Shown here: in pieces, positions 1-8,406 of the stretch
How the letters are laid out: each line of letters opens with the position of its first letter
Numbering within the stretch: position 1 is the stretch's first letter
NCBI GenBank assembly: GCA_044222475.1
Contig: JBGANF010000170.1
Location: 1 to 15,057, forward strand
Source: Polyangiaceae bacterium
Lineage (GTDB): Bacteria; Myxococcota_A; Polyangia; Polyangiales; Polyangiaceae
Direction of reading: 5' to 3'
DNA: 15,057 nucleotides
Position numbers and translations under genes: made by a program
Notes under the pieces: generated by a model
Database searches by the model: none
Told to the model about the DNA's origin: nothing
What the model saw: the letters and a program-made list of their open reading frames with translations, nothing else

Positions 1-542
1 ATGAGGACCAGCCCGGCGCACGCGAAGATCGCGCCGCGGATCCCCAGGTCGGCCGCGAGCAACAAGAGCCCGGCGCCGCCGGCGAGGATTCCTACGCGGT
101 ACCCGGCGACCTGAGCCGTGTTGCCGAGGCCGCGATCCTTTTCGGCGAGCGAACGCACGGCGAGCGCGTCGACGAAGATGTCCTGGGTCGATGCGAAGAG
201 CGCGGCCACCGGCGTGAGCGCGAACCACAGCCAAGGCGCCTCGTTCAAGCTCCGCAGCGCGTAGAACGCGAGCGTCACCGCGAGGAGGACCTGCAGCGTG
301 AGCAAGATGCCGCGGCTCCTGCGGCGCACGCTCGTCGCGTCAGCGATCGGCGACCAGAGGATCTTGAGTTGCCACGGAAGCTGGAGCCAGCCGATCGCCG
401 CGATGAAGCCGAGCGAGTAGCCGGCCTTGCGCAGGACGACCGGCAAGTACTCACTGGCGAACCCGTAAGGGACGCCCTGAGCGGTGTAGAGCAGCGCGAG
501 CGCGACCAGCGTCGGCGTCGAGGCTCGCGCAGCGACCTTCAC
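1..542 (-). CDS. AmpG-like MFS transporter, N-terminal part (runs off the left edge)
   Basis: Not in the ORF track. Manual translation from GTG at 542 gives MKVAARASTPTLVALALLYTAQGVPYGFASEYLPVVLRKAGYSLGFIAAIGWLQLPWQLKILWSPIAD...FASTQDIFVDALAVRSLAEKDRGLGNTAQVAGYRVGILAGG. The motifs LY..QG.P.G, LPW.LK.LWSP..D, SxTQDI.VDA and GYR.G are typical of AmpG/acetyl-CoA-transporter-like MFS proteins. The start overlaps the upstream stop (GTGA at 542-539). Confidence 0.85.
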   Translation of the reverse strand, partial: MKVAARASTPTLVALALLYTAQGVPYGFASEYLPVVLRKAGYSLGFIAAIGWLQLPWQLKILWSPIADATSVRRRSRGILLTLQVLLAVTLAFYALRSLNEAPWLWFALTPVAALFASTQDIFVDALAVRSLAEKDRGLGNTAQVAGYRVGILAGGAGLLLLAADLGIRGAIFACAGLVL

Positions 543-1414
543 AACGCTTCGACGACGACCTGAGTACGGTCGGCGGCGCGCTCGGCGGCGTCCACCGAGG
601 TGAGGTCGTCGGCGGTGGCGAGATCGCCCTTGCGAAGTCCGACCGTCGCGAGCAGGAGCCGCGACGGCTCGAAGCCGAGATCGTCCGCGTGGACGAACAG
701 CTTGCCGAGGTGCTCGGCGTACGCGCGCGCGAGGGTGGGGAAGGGGATGTTGTCGAAGAGCTTCGCGCGCCGGCGGCTCGCGTACGCCGACGCCATGAGG
801 CTCGCCGTGAGGAGGTGGTACAGACGGCGGAGGCGCGGCTTCGCGCTCGCGTCCGTGCGCTCGAGGATGCGGCGGAGGAAGTGCACGTTGAGCGGGACGT
901 GGAACGACTCGTCGCGGGTGAGGATGGTGAGCATCTGCTTCACCGTCGGGTGCGGCTTCGCGGTCCGCAGCGCGAGCCGGTACGTCGTCGCGCCGATGGT
1001 CTCGAACATGAGGTTCGTGAGGACGATCGACTCGTGCCGCTTCGCGCGCGCGTAGAGCTTGTAGAACGTGCGCGTGGTCGGGCCCATCGGGCGGACGTCC
1101 CCACCGAGCCACTTCAGGAACGAGGTCAGCAGCTCGCGGTGCCAGCCTTCCTCGTCGCCGTAGAGCCGGAGCGTCTCGGCGAGCTCGGGATCCCAGGACT
1201 CGACCTCGCCGGCGATCTCGTGCGCTTGGCGGAGGCCGGACTCTTCGGCGCGGAACGCGGCGTTGAAGAACGCGATGGCCGCGTTCTTCTCTTCGTCGCT
1301 CGCCCACTCGATGGGACGCGAGAGGTCGAGGACCTCGTCGTACATGCGCTCGCGACGTTGCTTGAGAAGCCTCAGCCAGAAAGAAGTAGGACGATCGATG
1401 ACGCGGGTGCCCAC
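539..1414 (-). CDS. Ferritin-like (di-iron carboxylate) domain protein
   Basis: Helical protein with the E / ExxH / E / ExxH ligand pattern: RAEESG, DEEGWH, MFETIG, RDESFH. I moved the start from 1462 to GTG at 1414 because GAGGAG lies just upstream of it. Confidence 0.8.
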   Translation of the reverse strand: MGTRVIDRPTSFWLRLLKQRRERMYDEVLDLSRPIEWASDEEKNAAIAFFNAAFRAEESGLRQAHEIAGEVESWDPELAETLRLYGDEEGWHRELLTSFLKWLGGDVRPMGPTTRTFYKLYARAKRHESIVLTNLMFETIGATTYRLALRTAKPHPTVKQMLTILTRDESFHVPLNVHFLRRILERTDASAKPRLRRLYHLLTASLMASAYASRRRAKLFDNIPFPTLARAYAEHLGKLFVHADDLGFEPSRLLLATVGLRKGDLATADDLTSVDAAERAADRTQVVVEAL

Positions 1415-1427
1415 GAAGCTCTCCTCA

Positions 1428-1472
1428 CACGGTTTCCGGCCGGGAAAAACAGCACCTATCACGGTTTCCGGC
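1428..1472. repeat. 13-bp perfect direct repeat CACGGTTTCCGGC (1428-1440, 1460-1472) in a divergent intergenic region
   Basis: Read directly from the sequence; the period is 32 bp. An inverted repeat TTTCC-N5-GGAAA at 1433-1447 overlaps the first copy. Confidence 0.7.
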
Positions 1473-1520
1473 GGCGCGCACCGCTTTGCCGCTGCGCAAA
1501 TCGTGCGCTATCTCAGGGGC

Positions 1521-2237
1521 GTGCTCCTCGTGCTCCGAACCGGTGATGCGGTGCCGGAAGTCGCCGCCCGCCGCGGCGAGTTCTTCCGCTGGATCAAGGA
1601 TGGCGTCGGCGACGCCTGGGACGGCGCCTGGGAGGAGCATGATGCAAGGACGGAGACGACGGCGCCGCCATTCAACGAGCGGCTCGGAATCCTGATCACC
1701 GGCTCGTCGGCGAGCGTCACCGAGCGCGCCCCTTGGATGCTCCGCACCGAGGGATACCTCCGCGATGCGGTCAGGATGGGCGTCCCGGTCTTCGGGATCT
1801 GCTTCGGCCACCAGCTGCTCGCTCAAGCGCTCGGCGGGAACGTGGTGAGGAACCCGCGCGGTCGCGAGATCGGGACGGTCGAGCTCGAGACCCACGACGC
1901 CGCGAAGGGCGATCCGCTGTTCGAAGGTTTGCCGCAGCGCTTCCACGTGAACGCGACCCACGTCGACACCGTCGAGCGGTTGCCGGGCGGCGCGGTGGTC
2001 CTCTCCAAGACGGCGCTCGAGCCCCACGCCGCGTTTCGCGTCGCCAATGCGTGGGGTGTGCAGTTCCACCCCGAGATCGACGGCGACGTGATGCGCGGGT
2101 ACATCCACGCACGCCGCGCCATCCTCGAGAGCGAGAAGCTCGATTGGTCGCGCATGCACGGCGAGGCGACCGATGCGCCTCACGCCGTGGCGCTGATGAA
2201 GAACTTCGTCAGTCGCGTGGTGCGCTCGCCTCGCTGA
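1521..2237 (+). CDS. Class I glutamine amidotransferase-like protein (GMP-synthase GATase-like, stand-alone)
   Basis: Motifs GILITGS, nucleophile GICFGHQ, GREIG and GVQFHPE give the Cys-His-Glu triad. The start is uncertain (GTG 1521 or GTG 1503). The ORF-track start at 1263 overlaps the ferritin-like gene and is unlikely. Confidence 0.88.
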   Translation: MLLVLRTGDAVPEVAARRGEFFRWIKDGVGDAWDGAWEEHDARTETTAPPFNERLGILITGSSASVTERAPWMLRTEGYLRDAVRMGVPVFGICFGHQLLAQALGGNVVRNPRGREIGTVELETHDAAKGDPLFEGLPQRFHVNATHVDTVERLPGGAVVLSKTALEPHAAFRVANAWGVQFHPEIDGDVMRGYIHARRAILESEKLDWSRMHGEATDAPHAVALMKNFVSRVVRSPR

Positions 2238-2269
2238 GTCGGGTCCCGAGCCCAAAACGGTGTCGTGCG

Positions 2270-3121
2270 TCAGGGACTCGCGTCGTTCGGCGGGGGGGCT
2301 GGCACGCTCGTCACGAAGTCGAGGGCCTCGGCCATCAGATCGTTGATGTTTGCAGAATACAAGTGTGCCGTCTTCGGCATGACGAGGAGCTTCGCCGGGT
2401 AGCCGGCGGCGACCAGCGCGTCGACGGTCTTCTGCTCGCCGGGTAGCTCGGTGCCCCACTCGCCGGCGATCATGACCATGGCACGAACCTTCGACGCTCG
2501 GAGGTGCGCGAGGGTCGCGGTGACGTCGGCTTCGATCAGGACGAGGTACGGCCATCGCCCCGGGTGCATGCGCACGAGCTCGATCGCCGCCCAGCCTCCG
2601 CGCGAGAAGCCGGTGAGCACCGCGCCGTCGCGGGTGAACCCGCCGTCGGTCTTCTTCGCCGCGATCGAGATCGCGTGCTCGAGGTCCTGATCCATCAGCG
2701 TGAACGACTCGTCCCACATCGCGGGTCCGATCGGCGACGTGCAGTGCTCGTTGCCGGTCGGGCAGACGACGAAGCCGCGCGCCGCGCCGGCGTCGAGCCA
2801 CTGGCCGCACGAGTAGACCGGCGGCGCGCACTGGCCGTGGAGGTGCGCGATCAGCCGCGTCTCGTCCTTGCGCCAGGGCACCGCCCACCACACCGGGCGC
2901 CCTTCGAACATGACGGCCTCGTAGGGACCGACCGCATCACGGAGATCGACGTCGGGACCGGCGTCCTCGACGACGCGTGCGTCGACGTACCCAACGACCT
3001 CGGCGGCGTCGTTCGAGCTCGTCACCGCCGCGGGTGCATGGCTCGTTGGAGGCTCGCTCGCCGAACGGCAACCGCCGAGCAGCGTGGCCACCAGGAGCGC
3101 GCGAGTTACTTCGTGGTCCAC
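2270..3121 (-). CDS. Putative exported alpha/beta-hydrolase (esterase-like), probable lipoprotein
   Basis: N-terminus MDHEVTRALLVATLLGGC is lipobox-like. It has an LHG oxyanion-region motif, the nucleophile elbow LTGFSRGG (GxSxG), AGEWG, and a C-terminal PKTAH His. The start (GTG 3121) is inferred; the ORF-track extension to 3787 is an overlapping frame within the adjacent gene. Confidence 0.7.
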   Translation of the reverse strand: MDHEVTRALLVATLLGGCRSASEPPTSHAPAAVTSSNDAAEVVGYVDARVVEDAGPDVDLRDAVGPYEAVMFEGRPVWWAVPWRKDETRLIAHLHGQCAPPVYSCGQWLDAGAARGFVVCPTGNEHCTSPIGPAMWDESFTLMDQDLEHAISIAAKKTDGGFTRDGAVLTGFSRGGWAAIELVRMHPGRWPYLVLIEADVTATLAHLRASKVRAMVMIAGEWGTELPGEQKTVDALVAAGYPAKLLVMPKTAHLYSANINDLMAEALDFVTSVPAPPPNDASP

Positions 3122-3984
3122 ACGACGTTGTCGAAGTAGGCCTTCACCGGCGTGTCGATCGTGCTCACTTCGGTGGCGCCGATGCGCCCGTAGGTGCCGT
3201 CGATGGTGGTCGGCCAGGCCTTGAGGAAGGTGGACGTTTCGATTGGGGTCCCGTCGACGGCGAGCGTGTAGGTGTTCGAGCCGGCCTTCTTCAAGCTCAA
3301 GGTCACGCGGTGCCATGCCGTCGCGGGCAAGGGATCCCCACTCATGCCCTTGATCTGACCGGAGACGACCGAGCCGCGGATCTGCCACGTCGTCCCCTCG
3401 CGGGTGAGGCTGAAGCCGAGCGAGTCGGTGAGGGGGGTCGCGCTGATGTCGATCCGAGCGAACTCGACGACTTGGCCCGAGCCTCCGCTGGTCGCGTTGG
3501 CGAGGAAGCTGAAGTCGAGAGTGAGCTCCGTGGGGGACGACGAGCCGGTCGCCGAGAGGACGATCAGTGGAGGCATGCCCCCATCGCCGACGTTGGCGTT
3601 CGCCAACAGCTGCTGCGCCGGCGAGGGCGCCGCGGCGTCGACCGCCGAAGGGGCATTCGGGGAAGGGCCGATGACGAACACCGCATTGCCGAACGTCGCG
3701 ACGCCCCAGGTCGGGGCCAGCTTGGCGGCGGCGTCGACGCCATCGAAGTCTGCGCACGCCGTCGCCGTCGGCGCATTGGTCGCGCACCAGCCCTTCGGCC
3801 CGGCGTCGGCGTCGCCGTCGCCTCCGCCGTCGTTGCCCAGCACGTCGGTGACGACGTCGCCTGCGTCGACGCCCGAGTCGACCGCGGCGAAATCATCCGG
3901 GCCGCATGCCCCCAACCCCAGCGCCGCTGCGCCGACGGCGAGCGGAGCCGCCGCCGCGAGCGCGAAGATCCGCGCGGCTTTCAT
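3106..3984 (-). CDS. Lipoprotein with a probable concanavalin A/LamG-like beta-sandwich domain
   Basis: Signal and lipobox MKAARIFALAAAAPLAVGAAALGLGAC, then a Asp/Gly/Ala-rich linker and WC...ACADFD. The C-terminal WHRVTL...LAVDG...YFDNV pattern is typical of lectin/glucanase-like folds. ATG 3984 overlaps the TetR stop (ATGA). Confidence 0.7.
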   Translation of the reverse strand: MKAARIFALAAAAPLAVGAAALGLGACGPDDFAAVDSGVDAGDVVTDVLGNDGGGDGDADAGPKGWCATNAPTATACADFDGVDAAAKLAPTWGVATFGNAVFVIGPSPNAPSAVDAAAPSPAQQLLANANVGDGGMPPLIVLSATGSSSPTELTLDFSFLANATSGGSGQVVEFARIDISATPLTDSLGFSLTREGTTWQIRGSVVSGQIKGMSGDPLPATAWHRVTLSLKKAGSNTYTLAVDGTPIETSTFLKAWPTTIDGTYGRIGATEVSTIDTPVKAYFDNVVWTTK

Positions 3985-4571
3985 CGCGCGCCCCCGAGCA
4001 GCCCGCCGCGAAGGAACGCGAACATCTCCTCGACGATCGTCTCCTCGTCGTCGTCCCACGCGCGAACCACCACCTGCGTCATGATCTCTTTCAAGGCACC
4101 CATGATGAACGTAGCTTGCATCCGCGCGTTGCCGTGGGCCACCATTCCGAGGTCCTGGCCCTCGGTGAGCGCCTCTTCGAGCAAGTTTCGCATCTGTTCG
4201 AAGAAGGAGTGAATTTTCCGGTCGAACGCTGGATCCACTCCGTGCGCGCCCTCGAGGAGGATCTTCGTGGTCACCCGCTCTTCGATGAGCATGTGGACGA
4301 TGCGCGCGATGTTCTCCTTCACCTGATCGTCCACGCTCTTCGTCGGGTCGACGCGCACGATCGCGATGCCGAATTTCACGAGGAGGCGGTCGACGATCTC
4401 CTCGAAGATGGCGCGTTTGTCCTCGAAGTAGAGGTAGAAGGTGCCCCGGGCGACCCCGGCCGCGGCGACGATGTCCTCGACCTTGGCCGCGTGGTAGCCG
4501 TGCTTCGCGAAGATCTCCCGCGCGTGCTCGAGGATCTGCTGGCGGCGCAGGGTCTTTTTGTCGGTGGACAT
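3981..4571 (-). CDS. TetR/AcrR family transcriptional regulator
   Basis: RRQQILEHAREIFAKHGYHAAKVEDIVAAAGVARGTFYLYFEDK is a canonical TetR HTH; 196 aa. Confidence 0.95.
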   Translation of the reverse strand: MSTDKKTLRRQQILEHAREIFAKHGYHAAKVEDIVAAAGVARGTFYLYFEDKRAIFEEIVDRLLVKFGIAIVRVDPTKSVDDQVKENIARIVHMLIEERVTTKILLEGAHGVDPAFDRKIHSFFEQMRNLLEEALTEGQDLGMVAHGNARMQATFIMGALKEIMTQVVVRAWDDDEETIVEEMFAFLRGGLLGGAR

Positions 4572-4681
4572 GAGGATTCGCGGCGAAAAGCCTGGGTCAC
4601 CTTAGCCGAACGGGCCTCGCGGTGCTGGGTGACGTTCGGTTCAGCTGATCGTTGTGGAGAATTCAGGGGTTGTGATCGCCC

Positions 4682-4719
4682 GACTGACCCGTTAGCCTTT
4701 CGCGACTGACACGTCATTC
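4682..4719. promoter_or_regulatory. Two tandem pseudo-palindromic operator-like sites, consensus GACTGAC-N2-GTCAGTC
   Basis: 4682-4697 is GACTGAC-CC-GTTAGCC (2 mismatches to a perfect palindrome). 4704-4719 is GACTGAC-AC-GTCATTC (1 mismatch). The period is 22 bp, and the sites lie between the divergent tetR and plsA-like starts. Confidence 0.65.
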
Positions 4720-4722
4720 AGT

Positions 4723-4727
4723 GGAGG
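4723..4727 (+). promoter_or_regulatory. Shine-Dalgarno sequence for the 4737 CDS
   Basis: GGAGG 9 nt upstream of ATG 4737. Confidence 0.65.
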
Positions 4728-4736
4728 GTCGGCCGG

Positions 4737-7700
4737 ATGGCAGCGAGCTCTGAGCAGTACTTGGCGATCGGAATGGACGTGGGATCGACCACCGTGAAAG
4801 CGGTCGTCGTTCACCCCGAGACCCACGAGATCCTCTGGAGCGACTACCAGCGCCACCACACGAAGCAGCCCGAGAAGATGCTCGAGCTGCTCGAAGCCAT
4901 CTTGGCCGCGTTTCCGAACCAGCCGGCCAGCGGCTGGCGCATGTTCATGACCGGCTCCGGCTCCGCGCCCCTCTGCTCGCCGAGCGGCGGCAAATTCGTC
5001 CAGGAAGTGAACGCGGTGACGCTCGCGGTCGAGAAGCTCCACCCCGACGTCGGCTCGGTCATCGAGCTCGGCGGGCAGGACGCGAAGATCATCATCTTCA
5101 AGAGCGACGCGGACGGTGACGGCAAGACCGCCATGGCGTCGATGAACGACAAGTGCGCGTCGGGAACCGGCGCCACCATCGATAAGTGCTTCCTGAAGGT
5201 GAACGCACCGCCCGAGCTCGTCACGACGCTCCGCTTCGACGACTCGAAGCTTCACCACGTCGCGGCGAAGTGCGGCGTCTTCGCCGAGACCGACATCGTC
5301 AACCTCATCAAGAGCGGCATCCCCTCGACCGAGGTCCTCTGCTCCCTGGCCGACGCGATCGTGATGCAGAACCTCTCGGTGCTCACGCGCGGCAACACGC
5401 TCAAGCACAAGGTTCTCCTCCTCGGCGGGCCGAACACGTACCTCCCGTTCCTGCAAGACTGCTGGCGGCTGCGCATCCCGCAGACGTGGGCCGAGCGCGG
5501 TTACGACTACCCGAAGGACGTCCCGATCGAGGAGCTCATCTTCATCCCGCAGAACGCGCAGTACTACGCCGCGTTCGGCGCGGTGATGTACGGCCTGCAC
5601 GAAGCGGCCGAGGTCGGCTGGATGAAGGAGCTCGACGGGCTCCGCGAGTACATCACGACCGGTCGCAAGGCGCGCCTCGGCGAGAGCGCCGGCCCGCCGC
5701 TCTCGAAGAGCGAGCGCGAGCTCGAGGAGTTCCGCGAGCTCTACAAGATCCCGAAGTTCGTCCCGGCCACGTTCGCGAAGGGGCAGACCGTTCAGGCGGT
5801 CATCGGACTCGACGGCGGCTCGACGTCGAGCAAGGCGGTCCTCGTCGACTTCGAGGACGGAAAGATCCTCGGCAAGGCGTACCAGCTCTCGAAGGGCAAC
5901 CCGATCCAGGACGCGAAGGAGCTGCTCGGCCAGCTCCGGTCGTTCGTCGAAGACCAGGGCGCGAAGCTCGAGATCAAGGGCTTCGGGGCGACCGGCTACG
6001 CAGCCGACGTCCTCGAGGAGTGCGTCAAGAGCGACGTCAACATCGTCGAGACCGTCGCCCACATGCTGAGCTCGGTCCACTTCTTCGGCGACGTCGACGT
6101 CATCTGCGACATCGGCGGTCAGGACATCAAGGTCCTATTCATGAAGAACGGCGACATCGCGAACTTCCGCCTGTCGAACTCGTGCTCGGCCGGCAACGGC
6201 ACGCTCCTCCAGGCGACGTCGGACTCGTTCGGCGTCCCGGTGCAGGAGTTCGCCGACGTCGCGTTCAAGGCCGAGCTCGCGCCGAAGTTCTCGTATGGGT
6301 GCGCCGTCTTCCTCGACACCGACCGCGTCAACTTCCAGAAGGAAGGCTTCTCGAAAGAGGAGATGCTCGCCGGGCTCGCGCAGGTGCTGCCGAAGAACGT
6401 CTGGCAGTACGTCGTCCAGATCCCGCGCCTCGCGTCGCTCGGTCGCAAGTTCGTCCTCCAAGGCGGCACGCAGTACAACCTGGCCGCGGTCAAGGCGCAG
6501 GTCGACTACATCAAGGAGCGCGTGCCCGACGGCGAGGTGTTCGTTCACCCGCACACCGGCGAAGCCGGCGCGATCGGCGCCGCGATGGAGACCCTGCGGG
6601 TCGTGAAGCGCAAGGGCACGTCGACGTTCATCGGGATCGATGCCGCGATCGACCTCGAGTACACGACCAAGAACGACGAAGAGACGGTGTGTCACTTCTG
6701 TCCGAACGAGTGCAAGCGCACCTTCATCGACACGAAGCGCCCCGACGGCTCGACGAGCCGCTACATCGCGGGCTTCTCGTGCGAGAAGGGCACCGTCGAG
6801 TCGAAAGAAGCGATGCTCGAGCTCGTCGCCGAGCGGAAGAAGATCGCCCAGCAGTTCCCCAACATGGTGAGCTACGAGGCGAACAAGTGCTTCTCGCACT
6901 TCTACAAGCCCGCGCCGATGCCCGAGGCGGAGTCACCGGTGAAGGATCTCGAGGTGCGCCGCGGCGTCTTCGGGATTCGCCGCGTCGAGGTCACGCGTCC
7001 GTTCCAGCGCTCCCCGAAGGAGTCGTGGGACAAGCGCCGCAGCGTGCGCATCGGCATGCCGCGCGTGCTCAACATGTACTCGACCGGTCCGTGGTTCCGG
7101 ACCTACTTCGAGGCGATCGGCATCCAGAAGCAGAACGTCGTCTTCTCGGACGAGACGACCGAAGAGCTCTGGGTGGCGGGCGGAAAGTACGGCTCGATCG
7201 ACCCCTGCTACCCGAGCAAGGTCGCGCAGGCCCACGTGCACAACCTGCTCTTCGACCTCCACACCGACAAGAAGCCGCTCAAGTACATCTTCTTCCCGAT
7301 CCTCACCCACGTCGCGAACTTCGTCGCGGACACGATGGACAACGCGTGTTGCCCGATCGTCGCCGGCGCGCCCGACGTCATGAAGGCGGCGTTCACGAAG
7401 GAGGTCGACTTCTTCGCGACGCGCGGCATCGAGTACGTCGACCCGGCGCTGTCGTTCATGGAGCCGACGCTCATGGCGAAGCGCATGCTCGAGACCTGGG
7501 GCCCGCGCCTCGGCATCACGAGCGACGAGAACGATCATGCGTGCCGCGAGGCGTGGAAGGCCCTCGACGCGTGGGAGCGTGACGTCCAGGAGAAGGGGCG
7601 CGCCATCCTCGAGACCGTCGAAGCCGAGGACCGCGTCGCGATCCTCATGATCGGTCGCCCGTACCACTCGGATCCGGGACTCAACCACGGCATCCCCGAG

Positions 7701-8399
7701 GAGTTCCAGGTCCTCGGCTATCCGATCCTCAGCGTGCGATCCATCCCCAAGGATCGCGAGTACCTCGACCGCTACTACAAGGAGGAGCTCGAGAAGGGCG
7801 TCATCAAGACGCCGCTCGAGCTGAACCACGTCTGGCCGGAGAACTACTCCGCCAACAGCGCGCAGAAGGTCTGGGCGGCGACGTTCGCCGCTCACCACCC
7901 CAACGTCGTCGTGCTCGACCTGTCGAGCTTCAAGTGCGGTCACGACTCGCCGACCTACGGGTTGATTGACAGCATCATCGAGACGTCGAAGACGCCGTAC
8001 GCCGCGCTCCACGACATCGACGCGAACAAGCCGAGCGGAAGCATCAAGATCCGCGTCAAGACGTACGCCCACGCGCTCAAGCTCCACGAAGAGCGCCTCC
8101 AGGACGTCGCGAAGCGGCGGAACGAGCTCGAGGTCGCGATCGACAAGAAGCGGATCGAGCTCCTCGAGATGAAGCGGACGCAGCTCGCCTCGCGGCGGCA
8201 GAGCGATCCGGCGCTCGAAGCGCAGCTCGAAGAGCTGCGGGCCAAGGTCGCGGCGTACGTCGCGCCGAAGAGCAAGGTGGAGCTCCCGAAGGGAGTCATC
8301 CAACTCGGGAAGAAGACGAAGGACGGAGACGTGGTGCGCATTGCGCAGCTCGCTGCAAACGAAGATCACGCGATGCCCATCGCGATGGAAGGGGAATGA
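4737..8399 (+). CDS. Double BadF/BadG/BcrA/BcrD-type CoA-activase ATPase plus DUF2229-type reductase/dehydratase domain; PlsA-like (anaerobic plasmalogen/ether-lipid synthase subunit)
   Basis: Two ASKHA activase repeats: GMDVGSTTVK...ELGGQDAK...NDKCASGTG...KCGVFAE, and GLDGGSTSSK...DIGGQDIK...NSCSAGNG...GCAVF. These are followed by a CHFCPNEC...FSCE cysteine cluster and a C-terminal IGMPRVLN...PCYPSK...CCP...GRPYH.DP..NHGIP...SFKCGHD region. Confidence 0.88.
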   Translation: MAASSEQYLAIGMDVGSTTVKAVVVHPETHEILWSDYQRHHTKQPEKMLELLEAILAAFPNQPASGWRMFMTGSGSAPLCSPSGGKFVQEVNAVTLAVEKLHPDVGSVIELGGQDAKIIIFKSDADGDGKTAMASMNDKCASGTGATIDKCFLKVNAPPELVTTLRFDDSKLHHVAAKCGVFAETDIVNLIKSGIPSTEVLCSLADAIVMQNLSVLTRGNTLKHKVLLLGGPNTYLPFLQDCWRLRIPQTWAERGYDYPKDVPIEELIFIPQNAQYYAAFGAVMYGLHEAAEVGWMKELDGLREYITTGRKARLGESAGPPLSKSERELEEFRELYKIPKFVPATFAKGQTVQAVIGLDGGSTSSKAVLVDFEDGKILGKAYQLSKGNPIQDAKELLGQLRSFVEDQGAKLEIKGFGATGYAADVLEECVKSDVNIVETVAHMLSSVHFFGDVDVICDIGGQDIKVLFMKNGDIANFRLSNSCSAGNGTLLQATSDSFGVPVQEFADVAFKAELAPKFSYGCAVFLDTDRVNFQKEGFSKEEMLAGLAQVLPKNVWQYVVQIPRLASLGRKFVLQGGTQYNLAAVKAQVDYIKERVPDGEVFVHPHTGEAGAIGAAMETLRVVKRKGTSTFIGIDAAIDLEYTTKNDEETVCHFCPNECKRTFIDTKRPDGSTSRYIAGFSCEKGTVESKEAMLELVAERKKIAQQFPNMVSYEANKCFSHFYKPAPMPEAESPVKDLEVRRGVFGIRRVEVTRPFQRSPKESWDKRRSVRIGMPRVLNMYSTGPWFRTYFEAIGIQKQNVVFSDETTEELWVAGGKYGSIDPCYPSKVAQAHVHNLLFDLHTDKKPLKYIFFPILTHVANFVADTMDNACCPIVAGAPDVMKAAFTKEVDFFATRGIEYVDPALSFMEPTLMAKRMLETWGPRLGITSDENDHACREAWKALDAWERDVQEKGRAILETVEAEDRVAILMIGRPYHSDPGLNHGIPEEFQVLGYPILSVRSIPKDREYLDRYYKEELEKGVIKTPLELNHVWPENYSANSAQKVWAATFAAHHPNVVVLDLSSFKCGHDSPTYGLIDSIIETSKTPYAALHDIDANKPSGSIKIRVKTYAHALKLHEERLQDVAKRRNELEVAIDKKRIELLEMKRTQLASRRQSDPALEAQLEELRAKVAAYVAPKSKVELPKGVIQLGKKTKDGDVVRIAQLAANEDHAMPIAMEGE

Positions 8400-8406
8400 G
8401 GACGCC

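Noticed and set aside
1521..2237. guaA (GMP synthase)
   Set aside because: Only the GATase domain is present, with no ATP-pyrophosphatase domain, so no gene symbol was assigned.
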